A stretch of 64,000 nucleotides of DNA from Podarcis erhardii (Eukaryota), in assembly GCA_964252035.1 (NCBI GenBank), contig OZ176201.1, one strand, 5' to 3'. Every line of letters starts with the position of its first letter. The stretch's first letter is position 1. A model generated the notes under the pieces. That model was not told where the DNA came from, did no database searches, and saw only the letters and a list, made by a program, of their open reading frames with translations. The position numbers and the translations under genes are program-made. Below are positions 1 through 13,989 of the stretch, in pieces.

Positions 1-100
1 TTGGGTAGCAGATTGCTGCTGCTCTTTCTTGATTGGTCCAGCTGCTCCTAATATTACTCTCATTCATATGTTGACCCAGCTAAATATTATTCTCATTCAC

Positions 101-440
101 ATGCAATGCTAAGCTGACCCATGGCTGAGCATGAACAAGCAAACCTATGGGCTTCCAGAGATGAGATGATGGTCAGTTGACTCTTCCCTGGTCTAGGTCT
201 CCCAGACAATCACGAGCTGTTTAAACCATAGGAGACACCTTGGTTATAGCTTGTGGTTTGTCTGGGAGAGCTAAGCCATGAGCCTGGGGTATGGATGACA
301 CACTAAACCATACTATGGATTAGCTCAGCATAGTGCAGCATCAAAATGACCAAGGAGGAGCAATGTGGTTATAGCCTCCTCTCTGGGAGCCCATGTGTTT
401 CCTTGCTCATGCTCAGCCATGGTTTGCCTTAGCATTACAC
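101..440. repeat. Nested-palindrome element (44-bp outer inverted arms plus internal hairpin), likely old MITE
   Basis: 101-144 pairs with 397-440; inner arms ctcccagacaa..aacca / tggtt..tttgtctgggag; homologous copy near 46815-47095. Confidence 0.7.
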
Positions 441-2465
441 ACAAACTAGGCCATTGTCTCCTACTTGATCGGTTCAGCAACCCTAATATTATCTGCCCTA
501 ACAGTATTGCTTCTGCAGCAGCTGTCCAAGGCTTCAGGCAGAGGCTTTAACAAACTTGCTACCTGGGATCCTTTGGACTGAATAGGCTAACCTGAGACAC
601 CATCTGCATGTGCTATGCCATTAGGCCTTATGGTGTGCTGCATATGCCTTTTGCATTGGGACAAAGGAAGTAAGAACAACTAAATCAGGACGGATTTAAG
701 CCAGACCATGGAGAAAATTTAATAGCAGATCCTGAGTGTGCCAGCATAATCAGTACGCACATCAGTAATGTAGAATCCCAACAGTTGAGTTTAACGAAGC
801 TGCCTGTGTGCTGAAGTAATCGAGGAAACGCAACAAACTTCTCAAAAGGATTAAACAGGATGAGACAGCACCATGATTCATCCTTCAGCTTCTTCAACGA
901 GTTCTGACCACAGCAGTGCCTGAGGCTGAGGTGTTGGATGGAATACTTGTGCCTACTGCTACATTTTATTTTAGTGATGAGAAACTTGCTCGACCTCAGA
1001 GGGCTACTATTACTAGAAACATCCTGTAACTGTTCTAACCACAGAAAAGGGAAGAGTACATAAGCATCTTTTTTCCAGTCCTTCAGGAACAGAGGTACAT
1101 GCAAGAAGGAGGAAAGGGTGTCCTTAAGTAACAAAAAGATGAACCCAAGCCAACATCTGTAAGATGCCCATGCTATGCAAATCAAGACCCCAAAGTTAGA
1201 ACTGACCTTCAGAGAGCTGCTTTTGTTGTGAGAAGTACAGAGTTTAGACTTTTATCCGCAATCATTCATCTCTCTGTTTCCTGGTACATAAATCATTTGT
1301 CAAGCTTCTGCTGGCCTTCTTAAGAACACCATTCATGATCCTATTCCCTACAGATGTTCTTTGGGTTCTTAGTGTTAGTGTTTCAGTATAAATGTTTATC
1401 ACCCACTGTGAAGTACAAGCCTTATAGTAAGTATGCCACTCACTCTTGAACAGAATCATGGAGTGTGCCTGATGTATGACTAGAAAGGATCACATTTTAC
1501 ATATGCACCCACTGCAAGAGGGTGATTCAAATAGGCTAGTGCTGTGAAGGCCAGTTACTCCAACCTAGCCAATACTCTGTCTGCTGAACAGCTATCTTAC
1601 AATAGACTACTGCCTTCCATGTTAGTTTATTAGTTAATTTATAATTAATCAATGCTCAAAGCATTGTACTACATAGGTTCCTAGCTGCTCTCATATCCAG
1701 GCACAAACTGACCCAGGTCTTGGCTTTAGTAAGGTCGTTGAATCATGGTTCTTTAGGCTGTGCAAGCTGAATTAATCTAAAACTGAAGTGCATAATCTTT
1801 TGCTGAAACATCAAACTACATACTGCATGCTGTTGAGAGTCAATATGGCTTGCTAGGCTGATCTAATTGATGTGGAACATGCCCAGTTCCAGGTAAAATT
1901 CCAATCCCTTTCTGAATCTTGTGAGAAGCACCCTTTGTTTGAAAGATAAGATAATGCTCTAATGTCAGGTGGGGCCTACCAAAATAAATTCAGAGTCAAA
2001 TAGATTCTCATCTGGCAAGAGGAACTACTTCAACCAGCTTCCAGGAAAAACAGAACTTATAACACTTGCTGCCCCTTCTTTGGGGGTGGAAAAGCATTAC
2101 CTCTTACAGCATTATATTTTCTTTCAATTCTGTATACAAGGAAGAAGTTCTCTGGAAACAAACTATGACTTAGTGGTAGTAAATTATAGTCTGCTGTCCT
2201 TTGAATGGGGTAATAAATAAACACAGTGCTCCTCCACCATATTTATGAAGCATGAGAAATGGATTTATGCACAGAAAATTGCTAGATGGGGAAATAATTC
2301 TGCATAGCAATAAGCCCAGAACATGCAATACAATCTATCCCTTGGTGTTTTTTAAGCATTTTGTCTCAGTAGCAAGTCTTGCTCTAGCCAGTTACTTCCT
2401 ACCTTTTACTTTACAGCTATCAGATAAGTATTTCTGTTTAAGATTAGGATCCAGTGTTGTTACCT

Positions 2466-3330
2466 GTCATGCCAGGCTCTGATCCCACCTTGGTCCCCAT
2501 CTAGACCTTCCAATGATCAATGACCTAAGTGAGTAGACAAAGCCCCACAATGCCAGGGCCCTGAGGTCTGTGAAAGGGCCTCCAAGGGATGTATTAGAAG
2601 ATTCCTTGGAGTGGATTCCTGATCCAGCTTGGCTAACTCAAGTGAGGGAGGTTGAATCATCGCCTAGTTCTTTGGAAACACCAGCACCAGAAGGTCCAAG
2701 CCCTGGCAGCTGGTTCAACATTGGAGTCCATGCCTGAGAGTCAATGTGACAACAGAACTCTTGCATAAAGGGCTCTTTCTGAGTAACAACCTTCCTCAAC
2801 AATAAAGGCTCTTAGAGCAGACTCAAGCACCTGAACTGGTATTGGGCCTGGCCTGAGACACTAGGCTATACAGTGGTACCTCGAGTTACAAACACCTCCG
2901 GTTACAAACACTTCAGGTTACAAACTTCGCTAACCTGGAAGAATTACCTCGAGTTGAGAACTTTGGAATGGAAATCGTGTGCTGGCAGCGCAGTGGCAGC
3001 AAGAGGCCCCATTAGTGAAAGCACACCTCTAGTTAAGAACAGATTCAGGATAAGAATGGACCTGCAGAACGAATTAAGTTTGTAACTAGAGGTACCACTG
3101 CATATCAAGCTTCACTTGGTCTGCTAGTTACTGGAAACAACACAAGCCAGCCAGCTCCCTCCTCCCAGACCCAACTCCTTTGCCTGCCTTGCTTTCTTAA
3201 GAATCTCTTCAGTTTTTGACCCCTAGACTCCTGCTTATTAATGCTGACCCTTGATTACATTTGGATCCAGATTGGATTTCTCTGACCTTGGTTTGACCTG
3301 AGCCTTGCTTTCTGGACTCTCTTTCCAAAC
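2466..3330. mobile_element. Possible degraded solo LTR hosting the 2871 MITE
   Basis: Starts TGTCATG; GC-richer block with ctgaccttgg/gacctg motifs; boundaries uncertain. Confidence 0.25.
2871..3100. mobile_element. Tc1/mariner-superfamily (Tigger/pogo-like) MITE, family A
   Basis: TIR cagtggtacctc..gaggtaccactg, TA target (right side mutated to CA). Confidence 0.9.
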
Positions 3331-4050
3331 GTTTGGTGATATTGTGTGTGGGACTAAGGCTGCAGTGGGTTCCACTGGGGACCTGCCTCCACTTAGCTCA
3401 CAAACTCCAGCCAGAGCATGGCATGATCTTATTTAGGATCCTTAACTTTAAAGTGAAGGCTGAGCATTCAGAAGATAATGCCACAAATTTATGGGTGACC
3501 CTTCCCAAAAGCCAATAGAAGCTGACTTAGAACACAGTGCCCTCACTCACAGGATTAAGCCATGTAAGAAAGGAAGCAGAGTAAATTTTGCACTCCCATT
3601 TGTGTACATAGAATGACTCACAATGCACTGCATCAAGCGTTAAATTTGTGGGGCTTTGCTTTCTTTGAGGTACCACTCCTACAATATTATGCAGTTCCCA
3701 CACTCAGTTCTTCCAGTCTGGTGGGCCGCAACCTGAAATGGTTGATCATCATCAGAAGAATGTATCTAATTTGAGGAGGATTAGATTGTTTTTCCTGACT
3801 GAAGTTTGCTGTGACCAAGTTTGAAAACCCTTGCTCTAAGGAACAAGGTTACCCGTTCATCCGCTCTCCCATCTTGGGAGCAGGAATTAATTGCAGAGTA
3901 GAAATGCCAAAGTGAAGAGCTCAAATCTCATCACTGTTTAAATACCAGAGACAGATTTTTAAACAAGAGAGGGCAAAATACTGTTTTGACAGGAAAATGT
4001 CGCATAAATATTCAGAGGCCCTTGTTCCTTTTCATTTCATTTTCTTTTAC

Positions 4051-4137
4051 CTGACACTCATGATGTTGCCTTCAGGATGTTTCTGCAAATACGCTTTCAC
4101 CACCCAGGCTGTGTGCTCTCGATAGGTCATCACTCGG
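4051..4137 (-). CDS. RPTOR: RPTOR exon ~31 (87 nt)
   Basis: (C)RVMTYREHTAWVVKAYLQKHPEGNIMSV(S); acceptor ttgtag, donor gtaaaa. Confidence 0.97.
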
Positions 4138-4699
4138 CTACAAGAGAGAGACAAAACTTTGTAAGACAAAGCTGGAAAAAGGCCATAAACCAACTCATGA
4201 ACCATAAATGTGAAAGGGAAATCATCTCCTTGCTGTGGCTAGGTTCCCAGTTAGGTAAGTTGCAAGACTTTGAACCAGAGATTTTGAGTACGGGCATTAT
4301 ATTTTGCAACTGCATGTTCCAACATGTGCCCTGTGTCAGATAAAGCATAAGAGGAAATGAGAGGGGAGGAGAAAAGGTAGGAGGGAATGACCCCATGTTT
4401 TTGCTCTAGGACATAATAAGTAAATGTCTTAGTAAAAACTTAGCTCTGATGTCTTTTACAACGTATGTATTTCAGGAAGAAGAAAAATCAATGCAATATT
4501 CTTCTCCCCTTCTTTAATAAACAAAACAAAACTGTAAAAATTTATTTCTCTTGCAGCTCAAGTTGATAAAAATTGCATCACCTCATAGCATTTGTTTCCA
4601 GGTCATAGCTTTTTTGAAATGAGTAGGTGAGAAATATAGAGTCCGACAGGTAATCCCTGAGCAAATGGTGATAGAAGGTTATGGTAGGGTTTGAATAAC

Positions 4700-4858
4700 G
4701 TTGGTGCTAGAGGACACATGGAACCTTGAATTGAGATAAGTTATCATGAGTGCTTAACCACAGAGCCATCAAATGATAGACGTGCTTCACACAATTGCAG
4801 GGGGTTGGACTAGATGACTATCGTGGTTCTTTCCAACTCTACAATTCTATAATTCTAT
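4700..4858 (+). mobile_element. CR1 3' terminus
   Basis: gggggttggactagatgac..ttccaactctacaattctataattct. Confidence 0.7.
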
Positions 4859-5159
4859 TTAGACAATAATGTACAGATTCTAGAAATTAAGACCCTCGGG
4901 ATTGTGCCCCTTGTTTAATGTAATCTACAAAATATGGGAAGACATCTTCTTAAGGTGCTGCAAACCAGAAGACAGGATGCGATGGGGGAAAGAGCCTCTT
5001 ACCAGAAAAGATTCATATAGCACAATTTCCACTATGCCATCACAAAGTTTTTTTTAAAAGAGAAGTTCTGCAGTGGTGCAAGGGAAATTGCCCAAACATT
5101 AGAAATGGACTCCCCACCCCCCACTCTGCACTCCCTGGAAAAAATGGATGCATTCTTTG

Positions 5160-5385
5160 GGTTGCATTCAACCACGTTGAACTTCATGCACAGAACAACT
5201 CCAGTGAGTGCAATGGAACTTCCCCTTCCTCTCCTACCATGCCATGTGACCCCCAGATTTACTCTAGGGATTCCCCTATCTCTCTAGAGCATACCTGGGA
5301 GTAGAATAGGGCTGCATGGGACCTGGAGAGGGAAAGGAAGTTCCACTGCACTTGCACGCACACAATAATTTAGCTGGATTCAACC
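5160..5385. repeat. Palindromic MITE-like element
   Basis: Ends ggttgcattcaac / ctggattcaacc; inner arms gtgcaatggaacttccc..ctctcc / ggagaggg..gaagttccactgcac. Confidence 0.55.
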
Positions 5386-5427
5386 TAATATCCTTTTCAC
5401 ATTACGTTTTCACACATGCTATAATAA

Positions 5428-5478
<51 letters not shown>
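5428..5478. repeat. (AAT)17 microsatellite
   Basis: Direct reading. Confidence 0.97.
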
Positions 5479-5484
<6 letters not shown>

Positions 5485-5626
5485 TAAAAATAAATAAATA
5501 GGATGGGGGTTCCAAGAACAGCCAGATCTCTAGTGTGTTTGGAGGCATTGAAACAACGGCAAGAATAGTAGTAGTGAATGCAAAGTGAATGCAACTTGCT
5601 AGTTGTAAAAATTGGATGTCTCTTAC

Positions 5627-5754
5627 CATTCGCTCAGAGCCATCCGCCGGTCATAAACACGAACTGAACCATCACCAAGCCCTGCTACAATGAGTGAACG
5701 ATGCGAGTCACAGGACAGGCTGGTGACACAGCTGTCAGCCCCTGTGGGAATATC
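5627..5754 (-). CDS. RPTOR: RPTOR exon ~30 (128 nt)
   Basis: DIPTGADSCVTSLSCDSHRSLIVAGLGDGSVRVYDRRMALSE(C); acceptor tcctag, donor gtaaga. Confidence 0.98.
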
Positions 5755-6221
5755 CTAGGAGAGAAAAACACAGTCCTAAACTAAGACAGCTGGGAGATTT
5801 TAAGTGCACTGGCCATATATATAGCCCAGTGTTACCCCTGCAGTGGGGTCCACACATGAACACTGATGCTGAATAATGGTAACAAGGTGGTTGTGACAGC
5901 TTTACCATGCAGGCTCAGATTTTGGCTTAAGACTGGGGGTGAACAAATTGCCTCTGGAAACAAACTAACTTCTGGTAGTGAAAAGGGCTGAGGTTTTTAA
6001 TGAAGACATCAAGGACACCTATTCTGAGCTGCAGCATCAGGCTAATTGGTTCTCTTCTTCAAGCAAAGAGGAAGGCATAAATATTATCAGAACAGCATCA
6101 TCTCCATGGTGAGATTCAGGAACTTGTGTGGGTCTATGCCTTATTATGTATTAAAATTTCTATATTGGATAATACTAATTTTAATAAAAAATGTCTTAGG
6201 TCTGTTTCACATGGTTTAAAT

Positions 6222-6475
6222 CAGGGGTCAGCAAACTTTTTCAGCAGGAGGCCGGTCCACTGTCCCTCAGACCTTGTGGGGTGGCCGGAGTATATTTTGA
6301 AAAAAAATAAATGAATGAAATTCTTATGCCCCACAAATAACCCAGAGATGCATTTTAAATAAAAGGACACATTCTACTCATGTAAAAACACGCCGATTCC
6401 TGGACCATCTGCAGGCTGGATTTAGAAGGAAATTGGGCCAGATCTGGCCCTTGGGCCTTTCTTTGCCTACCCATG
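6222..6475. mobile_element. hAT (Charlie-like) MITE
   Basis: Ends caggggtcagcaaac..tttgcctacccatg; partial 8-bp TSD gtttaaat/gtttgttt. Confidence 0.7.
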
Positions 6476-9400
6476 GTTTGTTTTGGAAAATGTAATCTGG
6501 GCTACTTTACACCTATATGCATACTGGTATATATGAAAATTGGGTCATGAATTTCCTTTTGACTGTGATATATATTTCACACAAGTGTTCATCAACTTCC
6601 TGATGTGTCTACTCACTAAAGCAAACCTTTGCATTGGAACAAGTAGCATGTGATCTTAGCCCTTCAGTTTGAAGGGAAGCCCTGATTAACCACATTAAAA
6701 AGTCCTAATTAACTAAGATAAATGTCCAGGAGGAGATTCTTTTCCGCAAAAACATATTTGTCCCTGACCAGCCATAAATACTACATTGAAGGGCAGGATG
6801 GATAGATGAGTGCTGTTTAAACAAACACACACCATTTCCCTGGAGAGAAATAAATCTGCTCCAGCTGAAAATACACCTGGCAGCTAACTAGTGCATGTAA
6901 GAGAGGTATGTTATGGCAGCCATTGCTTTCTAAATAAGTATCTATTAAAGGAAGAACTCTGCAGGGCAACAGCTCTTTATTGGGCATTAGATCAGGCCAC
7001 AAATGCCACAAAAGCAGATTAAATATATATTTAAGAGCAGAAAGCACTGAGAAGGGAACTAACAGCAGGAAGGCCTGGTGAGAAGGAGACACTTCTTATG
7101 CACCCAGTCAAATAGCAAAGGTGAATTACTAAAAGTGGCAGAACTACAAAGAGAACTGCAAATGCAACTAGCCTTTCTACTTCACATTTTTTTGTGCAGC
7201 TTTTTAAGGGTGATTATAAAAGTACATAGCCTGCCATGAACTCTAAAGCCCTGCATTTCCTCTGGGGAGAAAGACGTTACCAAAAAGTGTTTCCTTTTAA
7301 ATGATGGAAGCTGTTCCACTTTGACATGCTGCTGCTCCCCAAGCCTTGCAGCAAAAAGGTTTAGAGCCCTTTATAATCTCTTTGGAGTCAGGAATTCTCC
7401 CTCATATTTTTATGGAAAGTAAACTGTGCAAGATGAAACATTGCATGCCCATGGTCAAGGTTGAAATAGAAACCTGGAGTCCTGACAGGCTGCAACAAGA
7501 TTCTATGCTGCATGTGTTCATGCTCTGCAGAAAAATGGTAAGAACAGAAACCAAGGGCAGTGTACTTTATGAAAGAACAACTCTGCAAAATAATAAACAC
7601 AAAGAGCAATGCTGGTATATTGTTGGAAAGACACCCGACAACGTTATTCTAAGGCTATAGCCCTTTCCTCTTTATGTGCTACGCATAACAGAACTGCGTG
7701 GAATAATAAGAGTGCAGCTGTGAAAAAGAAAAACAGTTTCAATTAAGCAACCAAAAAATTGAGCAACATTTTCAAACTAGCATAATAATCAGAACTGGCT
7801 CTGCAAAATTATGTTAGCTAATTTCACACCTCCTTCCTATTTTTGCTCCTGTGAGCCTATCCGCCTTCTCTTGATGTTATTTTTTGCATTTGCTTCATAA
7901 AAAAATATTAGATTAACAGTTTACTGGAGATAAAAATCTGGCAATCCTAGACTGAAATGGAACTGTAGCTGCATAGAGGCTCTGCAAGTTAAGATACTTT
8001 TGTGTCTCCAAATCAACTCTCTTGTAGACTTGCAGAGGGTTGAGAAAGGGCCACAATGGTGTCTATTAAATTCTTTCAAATCAGACTATAATCCAGATTA
8101 GAGTTCCATCCACAGCATGCCACAGGCAAAGAGCAGAATCTGTGGATAAAAGGTGCTTAAGGAACAAATAGTTCCAGTTGACTGACATTACTGAGTGAAG
8201 TTTCAGGTTGCAAAGGAAAGCAATTTTGCCTTGAGCGGCGGCGGGAGTATTTCTGCAATCTGTTTGCCAACAAGATCTTTTCTGCACCTAATGTTGCATG
8301 TAGAATTCCAGCTCCATCCAACAACTGAGTTTAGTAATATGTAAACAGCATCTTGGCAGCTATTGAGGTAACTTGTCAATTTGGAATGTGATGACACTTG
8401 GGGGAAGTGAGTGAATTTTCTACCATGAAGCTCATATGCAAATTAGTGTTCCATCCAATTAGTGGAGTGGAGCCTTGAACTAGAAGTCTGGCAAGTGGAC
8501 CTAGGCATCTTTCTCATTGTGGTAACCTGCCAAATGAGAAAGTGTTCAGATTTGACCTGTTATTTGCACTAACAGCCGGTATCGGTAAGGATTGGATGTC
8601 TCAATAGGCCAAGAGGATTCCCTCTGGTCCCAAGAAGCTTCCAAGTCTACCCTGGCTCCGCAGCATGAGAAACCCAATGCACAGATGCACTGCTTTCACA
8701 GTGCTCATCCCTGCTTACCCATGTGCCAATTTGATTTCCTGTTTGAACCCTTAGCTTGGCTTAGTTGGTGCCTGCTTGCTGCAGACCACCATTCTTGGCA
8801 GATATCTAATAACCCAGATAAGCTATGGCAGCAGTAGCTAACCCCCAAGCACTCTCCCAAGTCCTTGGCAGCAAAAAGAAGGGGGAGGGTCAAATTAAAC
8901 ACAGTGCTGGGGCAAACAGATAGGTTTAAGCTTCTCCCCATCCCCTAGTCCAGTTCCCTGATGGAGATGCAAACTGTGTCCACCCTGGTGATCAGGTCAA
9001 TCATTTAATGGATGGGGAGGGGGCATGGCCTTGCTGTGAAGACAGCATCACACATGGGAGTGTGGTCTAGCTGTACCTGCTGCTGCCTTGCAGTTTTGGG
9101 AGGGCTGGGTCAAGAGTGAATGCAGACCTTGGGCCAAAAAAAGTTATCCACTCCTGGGATGCAGACTAGTTCAGTTGAGATTTTATTGTACCAACTGTGC
9201 TAGATCATCACAGCTGTTGAATCAATAGAAGTGCCATTCCAAATTCTCTCTTTCTGCAAGGAAACCATTAAACTAGTAACAAACTATTCTAAAATTGCCC
9301 CCCACATCTGTTTCAAGTATATAAGCCCATGCACCCACCATTAATCTATGATGATTCTCACCATCTCCTACCAACCTAGTACCCAACATATACTCAGTGG

Positions 9401-10804
9401 CTCAAATAATGGGCAGTGGCATTTCTGAATATTACTATGTTTCTGCTGCTCTGGGTTTTGCAGTATGATTAAGTCTTGATCCCCCGAATCCCTGCAAAAT
9501 CCAATTTGCACTGTTTAAGAAATAAAATGCCTTTAAGATGCTCTCCGTACAATCATTAATCATTCTAATTTAAAATATTTTCACCCTGCTGATTTCTGAT
9601 GTTCTCTAATTTGCACAGATAAAATAATATTTGAAAATAATTAAGATTAGCATAGGCTTAGTTGTGCTGCATTGCTGGGTCAAAGTGCCATAATTAATGT
9701 TCATCCAGAGGTAATTAATTTCCAAAAGATTTGTAGACTAGACTTTATTTCCCACAGCAGCTTAGACAGAGATGTTACCTCTCATTATGTGGCTGAAGAG
9801 GTGGCTTGATTTAATGGCAACTGATGTGAATGTACATGGTTTTTTTGCTAAGGTGAGTGGCACGATAGCTCAAGCAACAAGGTGGCTAAAACTGCTCTGT
9901 TCCTTTGTCAGTCTCCATGCCTATAGAATAGGAGGAACAAGGCCGGCTCTGTCATGATGTGAAGTGTAGTAGGTGACTTTAGGTGGCAAATAGAGAGGAA
10001 TGGCATTTGGGGGGCTGCCAAAGGCAGATAGATGTTATAAGGGACTTTTCGGCTTGCCAGCTAGTCAGTTTCTAGCACACATAGACAGGGTTGGCCCAGA
10101 CACTGCTCTGTGCATTCAGTATAGTGAATTTAAATTTGCTGTCACTCAGCCTCTGCCATTGTAAGCTGGATCTTCTTAGTCCTGGCAGTGAATGACAGTC
10201 AGGAAAAAGCTTGGCTGGCTTGTTGTTCCACTGTGGGATGTGTCAGCTGCCTGCACTCCTAAAGTTTCCTTGGATCATGGTTAGAGATGCATGTGAAGAA
10301 AAGGATGGGAGCTCACCACTGCCAAGGGAGAGGAGGAATAACAGCTCAAAGAAAAGCTACAGCCAGCAACAGCCAATCAGGGCCAGCTTCCTCTGTCATT
10401 GTGTGCATGTGTGTGAATGCATACATGAGAGAAAGTGCTTGTATGTATGCTTCTTGTCTGTGTCTGCATGAGAGATGGTATTAGTGCATCTTTGCTTCTT
10501 TTATCTGTCATGTGCACAGTGTTGGTTTTTTGCTAGAAAAAAAACACGGAATGTGCACATATATGTAAGAGAGAATGCAATTTTGCATTGTGCCTGTGTA
10601 AATGACTAATGGGTCTTTGTAACATTTCCTACATTGTTAAATGCCTTGATCACATAATGCATGATCTGTAGTTTGAGGGCTGGTTGACTTTCTTGAGCTA
10701 TGTATTCTGCATGTATTTCCTTCAGTACTCTAAAAGGGATTCGCTTTAGATTGTCCTTGGAACTAGTTTCAGTGTTCCTCATATGTGAATGTCAGATGGC
10801 CTTA

Positions 10805-11161
10805 AAGGTAAAGTTAAAGGGACCCCTGACCGTTAGGTCCTGTCACAAACGACTCTGGGGTTGTGGCGCTCATCTCACTTTACTGGCCAAGGGAGCCGGT
10901 GTACAGCTTCCAGGCCATGTGGCCAGCATGACTAAGCTGCTTCTGGCAAACCAGAGCAGCGTACAGAAATGCCGTTTACCTTCCTGCCGGACCGGTACCT
11001 ATTTATCTACTTGCACTTTGATGTGCTTTCAAACTGCTAGGTTGGCAGGAGCAGGGACCGAGCCATGGGAGCTCACCCCGTTGTGGGCATTCTAACCGCC
11101 GACCTTCTGATCCGCAAGCCCTAGGCTCTGTGGTTTAGACCACAGCGCCACCCGCATCCTT
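10805..11161 (-). mobile_element. Sauria SINE (POM-type), full length
   Basis: Near-identical to the other four copies; (ACCTTT)-like tail; 13-bp TSD tcagatggcctta at 10792-10804 and 11162-11174. Confidence 0.95.
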
Positions 11162-11552
11162 TCAGATGGCCTTAGGAAAACAGATTTGTCCCCATGGTCC
11201 GGATGTTCACAGGAAATGATGTTTCAAGGCTTAGGCTGAAAGTGCTTGAGGTGCACCAAGCATTTCATCTTTGCAAGGCATCTGGTACTTCAGCATGCTT
11301 TGTAAACAAAATGTATCACAGGTACACAGGCATGATTCACCCCATTTGTAAGTAACCCTGGTCCCACATTCCACCCCACATAAACTTTTTGACATCCATG
11401 GAGAAGCATTTCCACAGACACCTTCTGTATTGAGTTCAGGAATTATCTTATTAACAAGTAGCCTTTTGAGTGGTGAAATTAGCAGCACAAGACATTTCTC
11501 TGTTTCGGATTGCTTAAATACCAGATCCATAAGCAATATATATTGTGCTTAC

Positions 11553-11659
11553 CTGAACTTTCATTTCTCGGTCTGTATCCCAGATTCTTATAATCCGTAC
11601 ATCTCCAGAAGTCATGAGAAGACCAGTTTCCTGTTCCCAGTCCACCACCATCCCTGCTC
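11553..11659 (-). CDS. RPTOR: RPTOR exon ~29 (107 nt)
   Basis: (G)AGMVVDWEQETGLLMTSGDVRIIRIWDTDREMKVQ; acceptor tctcag, donor gtaagc. Confidence 0.98.
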
Positions 11660-12599
11660 CTGAGAAAAGAAAAAGGTGTGCCATACAAATTTATATCTTG
11701 GTACATGTGGACAGATGAAATAAGTCAGAACATTGTGGGAATGAAATCTTCCGGTCAAGCAGAGCAATCCAACACAATGAGTGCACTGTGCATCAATGTT
11801 AGAATGTGGTAGGTACTGTGGACTTTGGGAAGTGGCAGGTTTTGAGAAAAAAATATAGCAGGGTGCAGGGTGGTGGTGGCGGCAGCCTTCAACAGTGGTT
11901 TCTGGCTGGTTTCATTTGAAATGTTTTATTCACAGGAGTCACAAACTGCTTGTATGATACACAAAAGTGAGGGGAAAGTGTTTTAGTAATTATCTGTCCC
12001 CCTGTTTTTGTACCCAGGGAAGAAAAAGACCATTCCTCTCCAATATAGCCATAAGGTTTTTGTTTTGCTTTGCTTTTTTAACATAGAGATAAGCAGTAAA
12101 TTGCATTAGGCATGGAAATACTCAAATGAATTTGTTGCAGTGATACGACCTTCTCTTGTTTCTAATAAACAAAATCCAATGCAACATGTGTTTTTCCTCT
12201 GGTTTCTGCACCTGGGCTCCTTTATAAGGAGGTTGGGCTGCGATGACAAATGACTCTGAAACAATTTAGGATTCATAGCAGTCTCTTCCTTAACCCAACA
12301 AGGCAGCATTTGATTCTTCCTGCCAACCTCACTATGACTTCCACCAGGGCCTTTTATAGGATAACAAAACAGAACCCAAATAACGACTAATGCACCAATC
12401 TTCTGAAAGGGAAGTACTATGAAAAGTACCCAGCCCCACAAAAAGACCAGATATCTAGTCAAAAGATAAAAGCAAACTCTTGCATTTTATAATCTTTTAA
12501 CAGCAAAAACATGTAGCACTCCCTTAGATACTAACTGCCACTGTAAGGGCAGTAGCACCATAAAGCAGGGGGACATTTATTTCTTAATTTAATGCATTT

Positions 12600-12905
12600 C
12601 TATAATGCTTTGTACTGAGTAAGTTTTTGAAGCGGGGTACAGCAAAATAATAAAATCATATAATAAAAACTATTAGCTTTATCCAACCAAGGTCTATATA
12701 CAACTCTATATAAACAGCAAATGGTATTGAAAGTCAATGAGAGATCATGCAGAAGTTGCAGGGTCGTACATCCCATGCCCCTCTCCTGATAAAGATCCAC
12801 CAGGGCAACCAAGGAAGATTCAGTCCCCATAACAGGCCTGAGTCCAGACTGGAACGTGTCTAGAGATAATCAGTATCCTCCAAGAGTGCCTGCAGCTGGG
12901 ACATC
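12600..12905 (-). mobile_element. Old, internally deleted L2 fragment
   Basis: QLQALLEDTDYL..SGLRPVMGTESSLVALVDL..LLHDLSLTFNTI, homologous to the RT segment at 22100-22290, joined to an L2-like 3' end. Confidence 0.7.
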
Positions 12906-13070
12906 AAGACATAACAGCAGCACAAACATTCTACCTAGTGCTATAAACACAAGCACCTATTAAGGGTCTTGTAAGACCAAAAAAAGGGAAGCTACTTCTC
13001 TTGCCCGCCTTGGATCGTCACCTGCTAGAGGTGCTGTTGCTGCACATCACATTGCAGATCCTGATTTTAT

Positions 13071-13129
13071 CAGGGGGTTGGATTGCATGACCCCCCCCCC
13101 CAGTCCCTTTCCAACTCTATGAGTATGAT
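13071..13129 (+). mobile_element. CR1 3' terminus (short)
   Basis: cagggggttggattgcatgacc..cccttttccaactctatga-like end. Confidence 0.55.
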
Positions 13130-13989
13130 CAAGGTATATGCTCTGAAAGCATCTTCCTAATTATCATTGTCTTCATTCCCTTCATCCAGTGGCCACGCCC
13201 AGGCCCACTTTAATGTTTCTTGTGGCCTGCTGGAATTGCCGGCTGCCAAAACACCTGTGTAAGTATGGAACTTGGGGGCTGCCCTTGGGCCCTTCGTTTG
13301 CTCTTACTGCAAGCAATAGGGGCGCAGGTTGGGAGGGAGAGAATGGCAGCAAAACGGACAGTGCATATTTTTATCTGGACATACAAACTTATTGTTTCTT
13401 CAGCTTCCTTGGCAACTTGGAGGGGTGCTACAGATTCAGAGCAAGCAAAAAAGGCGGCAGTTTAGATTATAAGCACCTCTAAAGCATTTTGCGTTTGTCA
13501 TCCTGTTTATGGTCCGTATGACAAGATAAACCCAGCAGGCTTGAGATGGATGATGCCTTTTCATCTTAAGCAGGCAGCACTCTAGGAAGAGATGCTTAAG
13601 CTGCCAGTTTCTCAGTCATTCATACTTACATTTTAGCACAAGAATCTTAACACTGTTTCAGCAGCAACATAATCTGCAGACCACACATACACAATATGTG
13701 GGTTTTTCTCCTTGCTTGTATGGCATGGCACCTTTGTTTACTTAGTGTCTGGAGGAAGTTGTCAGGTAGATGAGTCTGACTTTAGACTAGACGGACCGGT
13801 GGGTAATCACAATGTCCTGGGGGAAACTAAGCTGCCTATGATTGATGCTTTTATAGTTTTTTGGATCAACTACTGTAATGTCTCTTTGTGGGGCTCCATG
13901 GAGGTATGGAGCTATTCTGCTCTCACATCTTCCCAGAAGCAAAGTAAAACAAATTGTTCAACATTTAACTGCCTTGTGAACAGAATGCT

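Noticed and set aside
1-4050. Search for RPTOR exon 32 (VNGDVR..DPRMPES..)
   Set aside because: No matching sequence found on the minus strand. It lies outside the window.
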